A stretch of 60,657 nucleotides of DNA from a bacterium (GCA_963656505.1 CAVKJM010000002.1:1-60657), one strand, 5' to 3'; positions 1 through 10,148 are shown, counted from the first letter of the stretch. The notes: generated by a model from the sequence alone, not told the origin. Translations and numbers: made by a program.

Positions 1-53
1 TTGGGCCGATGATAGTTGGTTGTATTTCCAGTGAAAGTAGGTCACTGCCAGGC
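1..53 (+). rRNA. rrf: 5S rRNA, 3' part (truncated by window start)
   Basis: GCCGATGATAGT...GTGAAAGTAGGTCACTGCCAGGC matches the conserved 3' half of bacterial 5S rRNA and is followed by a terminator-like hairpin. Confidence 0.88.
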
Positions 54-63
54 TATTCCTTTT

Positions 64-105
64 ACCCCCGTTCTCCTAATCCGAGTTCGGGGGGTTTCTA
101 TTTTT
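64..105 (+). terminator. Probable rRNA-operon intrinsic terminator
   Basis: ACCCCCG...CGGGGGGT stem followed by a T-rich tail, directly after 5S. Confidence 0.65.
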
Positions 106-159
106 GGATACAATTCGCTAAGGTTTTCTTAGAGCACTCATTAGGTAGCGAAGAATTTC

Positions 160-789
160 ATGCCGCAAAAAGAATTAGGACCAGAGACCTTAGAAAAGCG
201 CCAATACAAACACGGCGTGATTCGACGCGTTGAAATCATGGATGCGCTCGTAGGGTTACTTGGCTCTCCGATTCAAGTGCGATTTTCCACGGCTGAGATT
301 GCTGCGAAAACTGGCATTAGCGAAGCGGCCCTTTATCGACATTTTTCGGGTAAAACCGAGATGATTGAAGCGGTCTTAAAGCGTACGGCAGAACTTCTTG
401 ATCAAACGCTACGAAGCGCAGACGCTTATCCTGATGTCACAATGCTCAATCGCACGTACTTAAAGCTTTATTACCTTTTGCTTTTTGCGTGGAAAAACCC
501 TGGATTAACGAGGCTTTTAACTGGCGAGGCACTCATTTACGAAGAGCATTCCTTAGTTGAGAAAAAGGAAAGAATTCTTCGCGGCATTTGTGATTCGATT
601 CAAAACACATTGGCTCTTGCGATTGTGGGTCGAGAAATTTCCAATAAAACGGACACGAAAACCCGAGCGCAGTTAATGCTCGATTTTGTACTCTCGCAGT
701 GGCTTAGTTTTTCTCAAAGCGGATTTGAAACCAATCCCACAGAAAACTTAGATAAGGTCGCCCCTGTACTTTTTTACTTTGGCGATTAA
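160..789 (+). CDS. slmA: Nucleoid occlusion factor SlmA (TetR family)
   Basis: TetR HTH 'STAEIAAKTGISEAALYRHFSGK' and SlmA-like 'NPGLTRLLTGEAL'. Confidence 0.8.
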   Translation: MPQKELGPETLEKRQYKHGVIRRVEIMDALVGLLGSPIQVRFSTAEIAAKTGISEAALYRHFSGKTEMIEAVLKRTAELLDQTLRSADAYPDVTMLNRTYLKLYYLLLFAWKNPGLTRLLTGEALIYEEHSLVEKKERILRGICDSIQNTLALAIVGREISNKTDTKTRAQLMLDFVLSQWLSFSQSGFETNPTENLDKVAPVLFYFGD

Positions 790-2063
790 ATCGCAGTCGA
801 ATCTTCGAGTCGCAACAAGTCTTCAATCGAAGACTTCTTTCGGATTAAGGTAGCTTTTCCGTTACAAAGAAGCACTTCAGCAGGAGTGGCGCGAGAGTTG
901 TAGGTTGAAGCCATCGACATGCCGTAGGCACCTGCGTCGGCCATCACAAGGATGTCGCCCTCGTTAACTTTGACTGCAAAATCTCTTTCAAGCCAGTCGC
1001 TTGATTCACAAACGGGCCCCACAACATCAAAGGGCGTTTCTGCTTTACCTCGATTGGTGCAGTTAAAAAGTGGCATTGTTGCCTGATAAAGCGCTGGGCG
1101 AATCATTTCTGTCATCGACGCGTCGACAATACAGAAGTTTTTCTCGGGTCCCTTCTTAAGGTATTCCACACGCGTTAAAAGTAAACCAGAAGAGGCAACA
1201 AGGCTTCTTCCTGGTTCAAAGAAAAGCGTGGTGCCTTCGTATCCTCGCGCAGAAAGCACCTCATGCAACCCATTGACAAGAGACTCAATAGAAGGCGGTG
1301 TTTCTTTTGTGTAGCAAATGCCTAGACCTCCGCCCACATCGATGTGGTCAAGACTAATGCCTTCGCCTTTTAGGCAATCGACAATATCGAGAATTTTCTC
1401 TAGCGCATGAATAAAGGGAGGAAGCTCTGTTAATTGACTTCCGATATGCGCATCAATGCCTGTGATGCGAATATTGGGAAGCGTCTTTGCTAATGCATAG
1501 ATGCGAGGCGCTTCATCGAAACTTACGCCAAACTTATTCTTTTTAAGTCCTGTGGAAATATAAGGATGCGTCTTCGCGTCGATATCTGGATTAACACGCA
1601 AACTGATGTTGGCAGTCTTCTCTAAGGCTTGAGCAATCTTGCTAATTCTTAAGAGTTCAGATTCGCTTTCGACATTAAAGCAAAGAATGCCTGCTCTAAG
1701 GGCAGCTTTAATTTCAAGTTCGCTTTTTCCAACACCCGAATACACAATGGTTTTGGGGTCGGCTCCTGCAGCAAGGGCTCGTGCGAGCTCTCCGCCACTT
1801 ACGATATCAAAGCCAAATCCAAAACGAATGAATTCTTTTAGTAGCGCCTGAGAGCTGTTGGCTTTCATGGCGTAAAAGACACGGTCTTTTCTTGCTTCGC
1901 TAGCTTCTTTCCAATGCTTCGCGGTGCGTTGCAGTTCCGATAAGGAGTAAACGTAAAGAGGCGTCCCGAATTCTTTTGCAAGCGCTGTTAAATCACAGCC
2001 ATCGCAAAAAAGGGAACCGTTTTCGCAAGTTAAGGGCGAAGGAAAAGTATCGAAAGAAGACAT
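786..2063 (-). CDS. lysA: Diaminopimelate decarboxylase
   Basis: PLP lysine 'YAMKAN', 'HIGSQ', 'EPGRSLV', 'GPVCESSD', 'GAYGMSMASTYN'. Confidence 0.97.
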   Translation of the reverse strand: MSSFDTFPSPLTCENGSLFCDGCDLTALAKEFGTPLYVYSLSELQRTAKHWKEASEARKDRVFYAMKANSSQALLKEFIRFGFGFDIVSGGELARALAAGADPKTIVYSGVGKSELEIKAALRAGILCFNVESESELLRISKIAQALEKTANISLRVNPDIDAKTHPYISTGLKKNKFGVSFDEAPRIYALAKTLPNIRITGIDAHIGSQLTELPPFIHALEKILDIVDCLKGEGISLDHIDVGGGLGICYTKETPPSIESLVNGLHEVLSARGYEGTTLFFEPGRSLVASSGLLLTRVEYLKKGPEKNFCIVDASMTEMIRPALYQATMPLFNCTNRGKAETPFDVVGPVCESSDWLERDFAVKVNEGDILVMADAGAYGMSMASTYNSRATPAEVLLCNGKATLIRKKSSIEDLLRLEDSTAI

Positions 2064-2075
2064 AGTGAAAGCGCT

Positions 2076-2210
2076 CTATCGAGCCGTGTTTTCTAAGGGC
2101 GCGGGAGCTGAAGTTTCTTGAGGCGCTTTATTGTCAAGATAGAGATTGCCTTTGAGACCGCATCCGGTTAAGAGGGCAATCAAAAAGGCTGCCAATAAAG
2201 TTTTTCTCAT
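2076..2210 (-). CDS. lptM: Small outer-membrane lipoprotein LptM/YifL/LppL family, 44 aa (not in ORF track)
   Basis: Hand translation MRKTLLAAFLIALLTGCGLKGNLYLDNKAPQETSAPAPLENTAR: lipobox LTGC followed by the family motif CGLKGxLYL; conserved position upstream of lysA. Confidence 0.9.
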   Translation of the reverse strand: MRKTLLAAFLIALLTGCGLKGNLYLDNKAPQETSAPAPLENTAR

Positions 2211-2309
2211 AAAAGGCCTCGCATTTGTGAGCTTGAAAAAGGAAGCCCTCATTATAAGGTCCCTATTGGGGGAACTCTTTTTTGAGGGCTTGCTAGTTGC
2301 GAAAGATTC

Positions 2310-3413
2310 TTAGCCGAGTTTTCTTAAAATCATGGCGCTCATCAAATCGACGCCACCTGCGAGGTACTTCGGATCAAAGTGCATCGCGCGGTTATGAAGC
2401 CCAGGGGTTGCGCCAACGCCGATACCGAAGTAGGCGTTTTGTAACGTAGGTTTCGATTGTGGGAAGTAGTTGAAATCTTCACCACCGCCGCCGCAGGGTT
2501 TAGAAAGACGATCTTTTCCGAAAAGACGAATGATTTCTTCTTCGGCTTCTTTCACGAGTGACTCTGTGTAGTTGGGAGCCGGAATCGGCGCGTGCGGTAA
2601 TGTGACCTTGGCTGTGGCACCAACCGATTGCGCAGCAAAGCCCGCGGCCATTTCAACCTTACGAATCAACTCATCCATTAAGTCGTTTGTCTGCGCTCTA
2701 GCATCAAGCCACAAAAGCGCCGTATCAGGAATGACATTGATTGCCGCAGCTGCGGCTTCAATTTGTGTGACTTTGCAGCTCCAACCCATCAAGGGATTAA
2801 GCTTTATTGCACAAATCGCATTCGTGATGGCTGCAGCGGCTTCAGCCGCATTGACACCGAGGTGAGGACGAGAGGCGTGAGAGGCCAAGCCCTTTACATC
2901 AACGCGAATAAAAGTGCTTGCTGTGTAGTTAACGGCTGCGCAGAAGTTTCCTGCGGGCATATCCTGCTCAGGACGAACGTGCATACCAAAGGCGATATCC
3001 ACATCATCGAGAACGCCGCCTTTAATGACAGCAAGAGCGCCATCGAGCGTTTCCTCCGCTGGCTGAAAAAGAAACTTCAGTGTTCCTTTCTTTACCGAGT
3101 TGAAAACGCGTTCGGCAGTAGCAAGCTGCATGGCGATGTGACCATCGTGACCGCAAGCGTGCACGGCAGAAATTGTGCCGTCTTCGTTTTTAAAGGGAAG
3201 CGCATCCATATCGCAGCGAACCATCAGTGTCGGTCCTGGCACTCCTGTGTGCTTGTAAGCGATAACGGCCGTCGTATCGGCAAAATGCTCTGTGACCTCA
3301 TAACCGAGTTCGCGCATTTTCTTAGCGATGTAAGCGCTTGTCTGATGTTCTTGAAAGCCGAGCTCAGCGATGGCGTGGAGCTCTTTGTACATTTCAATCG
3401 TATCTAAAGACAT
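2310..3413 (-). CDS. M20 family amidohydrolase (M20D/Acy1-like)
   Basis: 'ELGFQE', 'RCDMDAL', 'HACGHDGH', 'FQPAEE', 'GMH', 'GEDF', 'LHN'. Confidence 0.92.
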   Translation of the reverse strand: MSLDTIEMYKELHAIAELGFQEHQTSAYIAKKMRELGYEVTEHFADTTAVIAYKHTGVPGPTLMVRCDMDALPFKNEDGTISAVHACGHDGHIAMQLATAERVFNSVKKGTLKFLFQPAEETLDGALAVIKGGVLDDVDIAFGMHVRPEQDMPAGNFCAAVNYTASTFIRVDVKGLASHASRPHLGVNAAEAAAAITNAICAIKLNPLMGWSCKVTQIEAAAAAINVIPDTALLWLDARAQTNDLMDELIRKVEMAAGFAAQSVGATAKVTLPHAPIPAPNYTESLVKEAEEEIIRLFGKDRLSKPCGGGGEDFNYFPQSKPTLQNAYFGIGVGATPGLHNRAMHFDPKYLAGGVDLMSAMILRKLG

Positions 3414-3441
3414 AAATGGTACTTCCTTTAAAGAGATAAAA

Positions 3442-3475
3442 GGCGAGATCTCTTAACGCGTAAAAGAATCTCGCC
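3442..3475. other. Intergenic stem-loop between the yjiG-like gene and the amidohydrolase
   Basis: GGCGAGAT...ATCTCGCC inverted repeat. Confidence 0.5.
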
Positions 3476-3503
3476 AATCCTGTTTTGAGGTTTTCGTGTC
3501 GTC

Positions 3504-3974
3504 CTACATCACGATGCGCATGATGATCATGCCGATACAGGCAATAAAGACGCTCGTAAACATCAAAAGCGGCCAGTACTTTTTCGGAACGTCCGCTAAA
3601 CCGAGCAAACGGCCCATGTACTGAATTTGAGAGGCCATCAAAATCATTGCTGGCGAAAGAATGGTGATATCAACGCTACCGATAACACCAGATGTGAAAA
3701 GACTTGCTGCAACGCCAACGCCCGCGCCACAAGAAAGCCATGTGGCACACAGCACAAGGATGCATTCGCCTTTTAGACCAAAGAGTCCCATCGCAGGTCC
3801 GCAGGTGCGACCCAAGAAGTCCATCACGCCAAGCAATTGAAGAATGTAGGTAAGCACGAACGCCATAATCACGTTCGGCAAAAGGTAATTTGCGCAAACA
3901 AGCAATCCCTTGCGGCATCCACCGATGAAGATATCAAAAGGATTGTTGCTGACTTTGTTATCTGCAGTAGCCAT
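3504..3974 (-). CDS. YjiG/SpmB-like membrane protein (nucleoside-recognition Gate family)
   Basis: 'NPFDIFIGGCRKG...LLPNVIMAF...PAMGLFGLKGE...QIQYMGR'; start moved to ATG at 3974, overlapping the upstream gene. Confidence 0.82.
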   Translation of the reverse strand: MATADNKVSNNPFDIFIGGCRKGLLVCANYLLPNVIMAFVLTYILQLLGVMDFLGRTCGPAMGLFGLKGECILVLCATWLSCGAGVGVAASLFTSGVIGSVDITILSPAMILMASQIQYMGRLLGLADVPKKYWPLLMFTSVFIACIGMIIMRIVM

Positions 3975-4632
3975 TGTTGAAATCCTTTCTGTAGATGGTT
4001 GATAGGCAAATGCGCACGAAGAAACCGGCCGCAAATTTCATGACGAGAATGATGGCAAGAGGCTTCCAAATCGGAACGAGAAGGAAAGCAAAGATTGCCG
4101 AGACTGTCGAAAAGTAATTTCCGACGGCGCCTGCGCCACAGTATTGCCAAGCCGCCATAATGGTGAGCTCTTTGTCGTTCATGAGCTTGTGGTCATACAT
4201 GCTCTTAGAGATAGCCGCACCCGCGTCAGTACTCTGTAAGTCCGTGACAAGAGCTAGACCCGTGTAGCCAGGAATATCTAAGACTGGTCGTAAGAAGGGA
4301 GTCATTAACACCTGTGCGGCAGCAAGAGCGCCATAGTGCTCAAGAACAGCCAAAAGACCCACAGCAAGAGTCACTGGAGCAAAAAGAGTCAAAGCAAAAA
4401 GGAAACCCTGTCGAGCGCCTACACCGCCTTTGCCGACAAAGTTGGTTCCGGAAATCGATCCGAACTTACCCGCGATTGTCGAAAAGTCGAGCGCGCCGAG
4501 CCATTCATAGCCGGGCCCCATTTTGTAGAAAACTCCGGAAAAGAGGATGATTGCGAGAATCAAAGCGAGAAAGCCACCAATTCCTACCTTGGGCTTCGCT
4601 GTCAATTCTGCGACATCGATATTTTCAGCCAT
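3958..4632 (-). CDS. YjiH-like membrane protein (Gate family)
   Basis: 'GKGGVGARQGFLFA', 'LMTPFLRPVLDIPG', 'LQSTDAGA', 'NYFS'; paired with yjiG-like gene. Confidence 0.82.
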   Translation of the reverse strand: MAENIDVAELTAKPKVGIGGFLALILAIILFSGVFYKMGPGYEWLGALDFSTIAGKFGSISGTNFVGKGGVGARQGFLFALTLFAPVTLAVGLLAVLEHYGALAAAQVLMTPFLRPVLDIPGYTGLALVTDLQSTDAGAAISKSMYDHKLMNDKELTIMAAWQYCGAGAVGNYFSTVSAIFAFLLVPIWKPLAIILVMKFAAGFFVRICLSTIYRKDFNNGYCR

Positions 4633-4787
4633 TGTTGTTCTCCATAAAGAGAAAGAGAATTTTCACCACGCGGAAAAGTAACACACTATTTCGGCTATGA
4701 AAAATAAAAGAAAAGATCAATCGCAGGTTTATTGCAAAAACAGCACAAAACCTAGTCAATTGACCTTAGAACTTTTCCGTAAGAAAA

Positions 4788-6446
4788 CTACAAATTTGTT
4801 TTGGCGAGTTCTTCAATTGTCCAAGAAAGAACTTTGGGAGAAACTTCAAGCGAATACTTTAATTCGAGTCGCTCAGTTGCTTTGTGAGCATCTTTTCCCG
4901 CAGGTCCCATGTTCGCTACTGGGATATCAAGCGACAAAAGCTCAGTCATAGGTAGGCTATAGAGAGCGCCCCAGGCGGGCATATTGTCCGCAAGAGAGTT
5001 AAGAGCAGCGCGGTCTCCTTCAAAACCTAAGAACGAGAGATCTGTGATGCCACCGAAAACTTCTTGAATGCTTGTGGCGTTATCTTGCGCTAAGGCGCCA
5101 GCTCGTTTGCTTGCCTCTTCAATGATATGTCGAAGCGCAATTTCTTTTTGGTCGCGCCTACGATTGACGCGGTGCGGGTAGTAGGGTGGCAGAAACCCCA
5201 CAACAATCGCGGGTCCTGTCATGCCACTTAAGTCTGCGGCCCATTCGCTTACGCGGATGGCTTTTTCTCGCATATCCATGTCCGAAGGCAGGCTCTTTAA
5301 AAGAGCAGCCTCTTTTTCTTTAAACGCGTCAAGGCTTCCGAGCTTTTTAACGCACAAGGAAACTAAGTCAAGATAGGAATAAACGTGCCCTTCTTTTTTC
5401 TCGGCTGTGACTTGTGCGCCTTTGGATAAAAGAGCGAGAGCTGTTTTTTGCATCTGCTCGCAACTGAAGTCAAGAGCTTTTCTCGCTAGAGCCATGGTCG
5501 AGTTGAGGACATCTTCTGGCGTGCGACTATCGGTTAAGACATTGAAAAAACAAATCGCTCGTGCAGGAAGGCTGACGCTATAGGTTCCTGTGCGCGTTTC
5601 GCAGCGCAAACACGCCGGAGGCGAGAGCGTATCGGCTCCCGTGCCATCGATAAAGTCGGGATTGCCTTCAAAAAGCGAGACAACGTGCGAGGCGATAAGC
5701 ATCGCATTAGAACCTTGAACATAGTCGTTGACGTGAGTGGCTTTTCCGATGCAAAGGAAATACGGCATGATTTTTCCCGTCGTTCCCGTGTAATAGGGAC
5801 GCGTCGGTTTTTTGCCAGTTGTCCAAAAGCAAGGTTCTCCTGTGAGAGCCGCAACCACGTCAAGCTCTTCGGTTTTTAAAAGAGAGCAAAACGGGCGAAT
5901 CGAGCCACGCATTCCTGCGCTATCGCACTCTTCATCAGGAACCGCTAAGAAAGCGATGTTGATGGCTAAATCGGGGCTTTTGGCATAGGCTCGCATTGTT
6001 TCGATAAAAAGCGCGAGGCCTGCTTTCATGTCCATCGTGCCGCGACCAAAAAGCCAATTGCCGCTTTCAAGGTCTTTTTTCACTTCCTCAGAAAGCGCTT
6101 CTTGAGCGAGAGCCTTTGTGTATTCATCTGGGGAAAACGCCAAGTCTTTTAGGGCGCCATCGGTATCAACGACATCGAAGTGTCCAGTAAGAAGGACGGT
6201 TTTCTGAATGCGCTTTGCGGGTCGCAAGAGAGCGAAAACGGCATTGCGTTTAAGGGCATCGCCTTCGCAGGGGATTTCTTTGGCTATTAAGGTGTTTCCA
6301 AAGCCAAGTTCAATAGCGCGAAGTTCAGCTAAAAGCGCAGAGGCAACGCGGTTTTCTTCTTGACTTTTTCCAGAAACACTCGGTATGGCACAGAGTTTTT
6401 TTGTTAAAGCCAGTATGGCTTTAGCATCGGCAACTACTTCTCTCAC
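4788..6446 (-). CDS. M20/M25/M40 metallohydrolase, RocB-like
   Basis: 'GHFDVV', 'GRGTMDMKAG', 'PDEE', 'PPYYP', 'GKDAHK..ER', ~550 aa as in RocB. Confidence 0.85.
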   Translation of the reverse strand: MREVVADAKAILALTKKLCAIPSVSGKSQEENRVASALLAELRAIELGFGNTLIAKEIPCEGDALKRNAVFALLRPAKRIQKTVLLTGHFDVVDTDGALKDLAFSPDEYTKALAQEALSEEVKKDLESGNWLFGRGTMDMKAGLALFIETMRAYAKSPDLAINIAFLAVPDEECDSAGMRGSIRPFCSLLKTEELDVVAALTGEPCFWTTGKKPTRPYYTGTTGKIMPYFLCIGKATHVNDYVQGSNAMLIASHVVSLFEGNPDFIDGTGADTLSPPACLRCETRTGTYSVSLPARAICFFNVLTDSRTPEDVLNSTMALARKALDFSCEQMQKTALALLSKGAQVTAEKKEGHVYSYLDLVSLCVKKLGSLDAFKEKEAALLKSLPSDMDMREKAIRVSEWAADLSGMTGPAIVVGFLPPYYPHRVNRRRDQKEIALRHIIEEASKRAGALAQDNATSIQEVFGGITDLSFLGFEGDRAALNSLADNMPAWGALYSLPMTELLSLDIPVANMGPAGKDAHKATERLELKYSLEVSPKVLSWTIEELAKTNL

Positions 6447-7426
6447 AATGACTCTTCTCGAGGTTCGAGCATCTCAGGGACGCTCCAATAAGGTTGGATT
6501 TCTCTAACTTTCGCATCAAAGAACTCCTGCAACTCTTTCTGAATCCAGCGCATAAAGATGCGGTGAATCTTCGAATTCCACAATTCCTTTCGGCAAACAA
6601 CATACGTCTGAAGAGGTGGTCTGTGCCAGCCGTTAAGAATGGGGATGAGTTTACCCGAAACAATCTCAGAGGCACACAAGAAATACGGCATATCAATACA
6701 AATACCTGCGCCTTTTAAGACGTTTTCTTTAATTGCAACAATATTGGACATCACAAAGAGTTGTTGCCCGAAACGAACATCTCGGATTTCGCCATCTTTA
6801 CATAGAGAGCGTGTGGGGTGGCGCGTTGCGCCTTCAAAGGCATAAACCGTGTGATCTTTAATTTCCTCTGGAGTTCTAGGAGCCGGGTGCTCCAAAAGAT
6901 ACTTTGGAGACGCTATGGGCACAAAGTAGTTCGGGCGCCGTGGTAGGCAAACCATGTTCTCTTCGCGTTCAATTACTTCGCCTGTGACGAAAACAACGTC
7001 AACGCGACGATTGAGTAACTCGGGCATCCCAGCGCCTCCGATGATACGAAATTCGACATCGGGGAACTTCTTTTGAAACCGCAAAAGGGCCTCACCCAAA
7101 AATTCCATCTCAAGGCTATAAGGAGACGATAAGCGAATCATGCCCTGCACGGCAGCATTTGGCCCTTGCAGTTCATCGATGATTTCTCTTTGACGATCCA
7201 ATTGCGCGCTTAAGAGTTCAAGCGCTCTTTCTCCGAGTTCTGTGAGTTCGAGCGGGCGCGTGTTACGCACAAGTAGCGAGCGACCGATGGTTTTCTCAAG
7301 AGTCGTGAGCATACGGGAAACCGTTGAAACATCTACACCGAGTTCAGCGGCTGTATAGGAGAAATTGCGTGTTTGGGACAGATTGACAAAAACACGCCAC
7401 AAATTCAAATCGTCGAGTTTGCTCAT
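6443..7426 (-). CDS. LysR-family transcriptional regulator
   Basis: N-terminal HTH 'NFSYTAAELGVDVSTVSR..LE..IG..LL.R.TR.L.LT..G' plus substrate-binding domain. Confidence 0.93.
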   Translation of the reverse strand: MSKLDDLNLWRVFVNLSQTRNFSYTAAELGVDVSTVSRMLTTLEKTIGRSLLVRNTRPLELTELGERALELLSAQLDRQREIIDELQGPNAAVQGMIRLSSPYSLEMEFLGEALLRFQKKFPDVEFRIIGGAGMPELLNRRVDVVFVTGEVIEREENMVCLPRRPNYFVPIASPKYLLEHPAPRTPEEIKDHTVYAFEGATRHPTRSLCKDGEIRDVRFGQQLFVMSNIVAIKENVLKGAGICIDMPYFLCASEIVSGKLIPILNGWHRPPLQTYVVCRKELWNSKIHRIFMRWIQKELQEFFDAKVREIQPYWSVPEMLEPREESL

Positions 7427-7793
7427 CGTCAGGCTCCCGTATTTCTTGAGGGTAACGGCGTTTTTATGCGTTCATGTACTTTGTTCATTCTACAAAATAA
7501 GAGTCCTGATTTTTCGTCTCTCTTTTGCAAAATATTCAAAGAGACTTTTTCTTGTCGTGGCCTTCTCAAAACCAAAGAGAGCAGGTCGTTTTGGTGAAAG
7601 CGTCGCAATTTAAGGTAAGAGATGAGGAGAAAAACTGTGCGATGTTGTAAGAAATCAGGGGGAAACGCGATATTTGTTGTAAGATTTCGCGTTACGTCAA
7701 ATCAAAGCGACACGAGTTTTTGGAACTTGCGTGTCGCAATTCTCGAAAGTGCGAAAAGTAGTCTTTGCAGTCTTCTAGGTAAGTGGAATTTTT

Positions 7794-10148
7794 GTGAAAA
7801 GTAAGAACTCAATCGCTCAAAAAATCAGTCGATTTATTTGTTGGTGTGTTGGTATTGGAATCGCAGGCTTTGTGAGCGCCGTTTGCGCGGGTCTCGTTAT
7901 CTTTTCTGTTGTCTATTCACAGCTTCCACCGATTGACGCATTAACCGATTACAAACCCAAGATCCCGCTTCGCGTCTATAGCGCAGAAGGCATTCTTATT
8001 GGCGAATTTGGCGAAGAGCATCGCGACTTTATCCGTTTGCATGAAATCCCCGCTTTTGTGCGCAACGCCGTTTTAGCCGCCGAAGACGATGGCTTTTATG
8101 CCCACACGGGTATTGAATTCACAGGCATTGTGCGTGCGGCTCTTGCAAACCTTATTACTGGGCGTCGAGGCCAAGGTGGCTCCACGATTACGATGCAGGT
8201 GGCAAGAAATTTCTTCTTATCTTCTGAACGCACCTACACCCGTAAGCTCTACGAAGTGGCGATGGCCTATAAGATTGAAAGAAATCTTTCGAAAGATGAA
8301 ATCTTTGAGGTCTATCTCAATCAGATCTATTTAGGTCAGCGCGCCTATGGCTTTGCATCGGCTGCGAAAGTGTACTTTGGTAAAGAGCTCGAAGATCTCA
8401 CCATCGGTGAGGCAGCTACCATCGCGGGTCTTCCTGTGGCACCCTCGGCTTATAACCCGATTGTCAATCCCAAACGCGCCAATATGCGTAAGAGTTACGT
8501 TTTAAATCGTATGCGTAACTTAGGCTACATCTCCGAAGAGGTCTATGCCCAAGAAATGGTGCGGCCCATTGTCGCGAAAAAGCCTAGCGAGCGACGCCTC
8601 ACAGCAGAAAAGGGCTCTGAAGGACTTCACGCCGAATACGCTGCAGAATTGGCCCGTATTTTGGTTTACGACATTTTCAAAGAAGAGGCCTATACCTTAG
8701 GGCTTAACGTTTACACAACCATTCGCGCCGCAGACCAAAAAGCGGCTTGGGAAAGTGTGCGTAAGAACCTCATTAATTACGATAGACGCTATGGCTATCG
8801 GGGGCCGACTGCGCACATCGATATTTCCGATGAAGAAAACCGCGCCAACACGATTACGATGGCCTTATCGGACGTTCCAACTTCTCCGAACCTATTCCCT
8901 GCCATTGTCACTGAGGTAAGTAATCAAAAGATTACGGTGGCAATTTCTGGAGACCAAGAAGTCACGTTGGATAAAGAGAGCCTTAAGTTTGCGGGATTAA
9001 CACAAAAGAAACCGCGCTGGTCAAAGAAAAAAGACGAAAAGGCGCTCACTGTAGGTTCTCTTGTGCGCGTATCTCGCACGGCCAAGGGTGAATGGACACT
9101 TTCTCAGACCCCCGAAGTGCAAGCTGGATTTGTGAGTGCCGAATTCGATACGGGCGCCGTGAGGGCTCTTGTCGGTGGTTTTGATTTTTACTTAAGTAAC
9201 TTTAACCACGTTACGCAAGCGATTCGTCAGCCTGGTTCCACTTTCAAGCCCTTTATTTATTCAGCAGCTCTCGATAAAGGCTTTAACCCCGCGACGATTA
9301 TTAACGATGCACCGATTTTCATCGATCCCCGTTTAACGGGAGGAGAGCTCTGGGAGCCACGCAATTACGATAATCGTTTCGATGGACCGATGTCGCTTGC
9401 GACAGCGTTAAAGAAATCCAAGAACCTTGTCTCGATTCGCGTCATGCAAGCCATTGGGGCTCGCTACGCACAAGGCTTTGTTGAGAAAAGTTTTGGCTTC
9501 CCAGCCTCAAGAACTCCCGCGCAGCTAACGACAGCGCTTGGCGCAGGGGGAGCCACTCCGTGGGAAATGCTCGCAGGCTATAGCGTCTTAGCCAATGGGG
9601 GCTTTCGTGTGAAGCCTTATTTAATCGATCGCGTCACCGATGCCGATGGAACGGTTGTGATGCGCGTACACAATCCTGCGGCAGGAGATGAAGCCATTCG
9701 CACATTAAGCGAAAGAAATGCCTTCATTATGCATACGCTATTAAATGGTGTGATTCGTGAAGGTACGGGGCGTCGCGCCTATCAAGCGTTAAAGCGCCCT
9801 GATATGGGTGGAAAGACAGGCACCTCAAACAATTCGTATGACGCGTGGTTTGCTGGATACGCAGGAAAACTCGTTGCCGTCGGTTGGATGGGTTTCGATC
9901 AGATGAAGCCCTTAGGAAACCGCGAAACCGGTGGCGGCCTTGTGCTTCCGATTTGGGTCGAATACATGAAAGACGTCTTAGTTGATGAGCCGCCTTACAA
10001 GCGCATTCAACCCTCGAGCGTCGTGTTAATTAACGGCAATTACTACTACGCCGATAGTGTCGATCAGAGCGTGCGCGATGTGCCACTTAATGGCAAGGTA
10101 GGCGAGAAGAACTTAGAGCGCGATATCTTACGCGACCAGATTTTCTAA
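7794..10148 (+). CDS. mrcA: Penicillin-binding protein 1A
   Basis: N-terminal TM; transglycosylase 'AAED', 'GGSTITMQ', 'RKLYE'; transpeptidase 'GSTFK', 'SKN', 'KTG'. Confidence 0.97.
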   Translation: MKSKNSIAQKISRFICWCVGIGIAGFVSAVCAGLVIFSVVYSQLPPIDALTDYKPKIPLRVYSAEGILIGEFGEEHRDFIRLHEIPAFVRNAVLAAEDDGFYAHTGIEFTGIVRAALANLITGRRGQGGSTITMQVARNFFLSSERTYTRKLYEVAMAYKIERNLSKDEIFEVYLNQIYLGQRAYGFASAAKVYFGKELEDLTIGEAATIAGLPVAPSAYNPIVNPKRANMRKSYVLNRMRNLGYISEEVYAQEMVRPIVAKKPSERRLTAEKGSEGLHAEYAAELARILVYDIFKEEAYTLGLNVYTTIRAADQKAAWESVRKNLINYDRRYGYRGPTAHIDISDEENRANTITMALSDVPTSPNLFPAIVTEVSNQKITVAISGDQEVTLDKESLKFAGLTQKKPRWSKKKDEKALTVGSLVRVSRTAKGEWTLSQTPEVQAGFVSAEFDTGAVRALVGGFDFYLSNFNHVTQAIRQPGSTFKPFIYSAALDKGFNPATIINDAPIFIDPRLTGGELWEPRNYDNRFDGPMSLATALKKSKNLVSIRVMQAIGARYAQGFVEKSFGFPASRTPAQLTTALGAGGATPWEMLAGYSVLANGGFRVKPYLIDRVTDADGTVVMRVHNPAAGDEAIRTLSERNAFIMHTLLNGVIREGTGRRAYQALKRPDMGGKTGTSNNSYDAWFAGYAGKLVAVGWMGFDQMKPLGNRETGGGLVLPIWVEYMKDVLVDEPPYKRIQPSSVVLINGNYYYADSVDQSVRDVPLNGKVGEKNLERDILRDQIF

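Noticed and set aside
9..233. 74-aa ORF at the window start
   Set aside because: Overlaps the 5S rRNA end, its terminator and slmA; spurious
2763..3407. 214-aa plus-strand ORF
   Set aside because: Antisense shadow of the M20 amidohydrolase with no recognisable motifs
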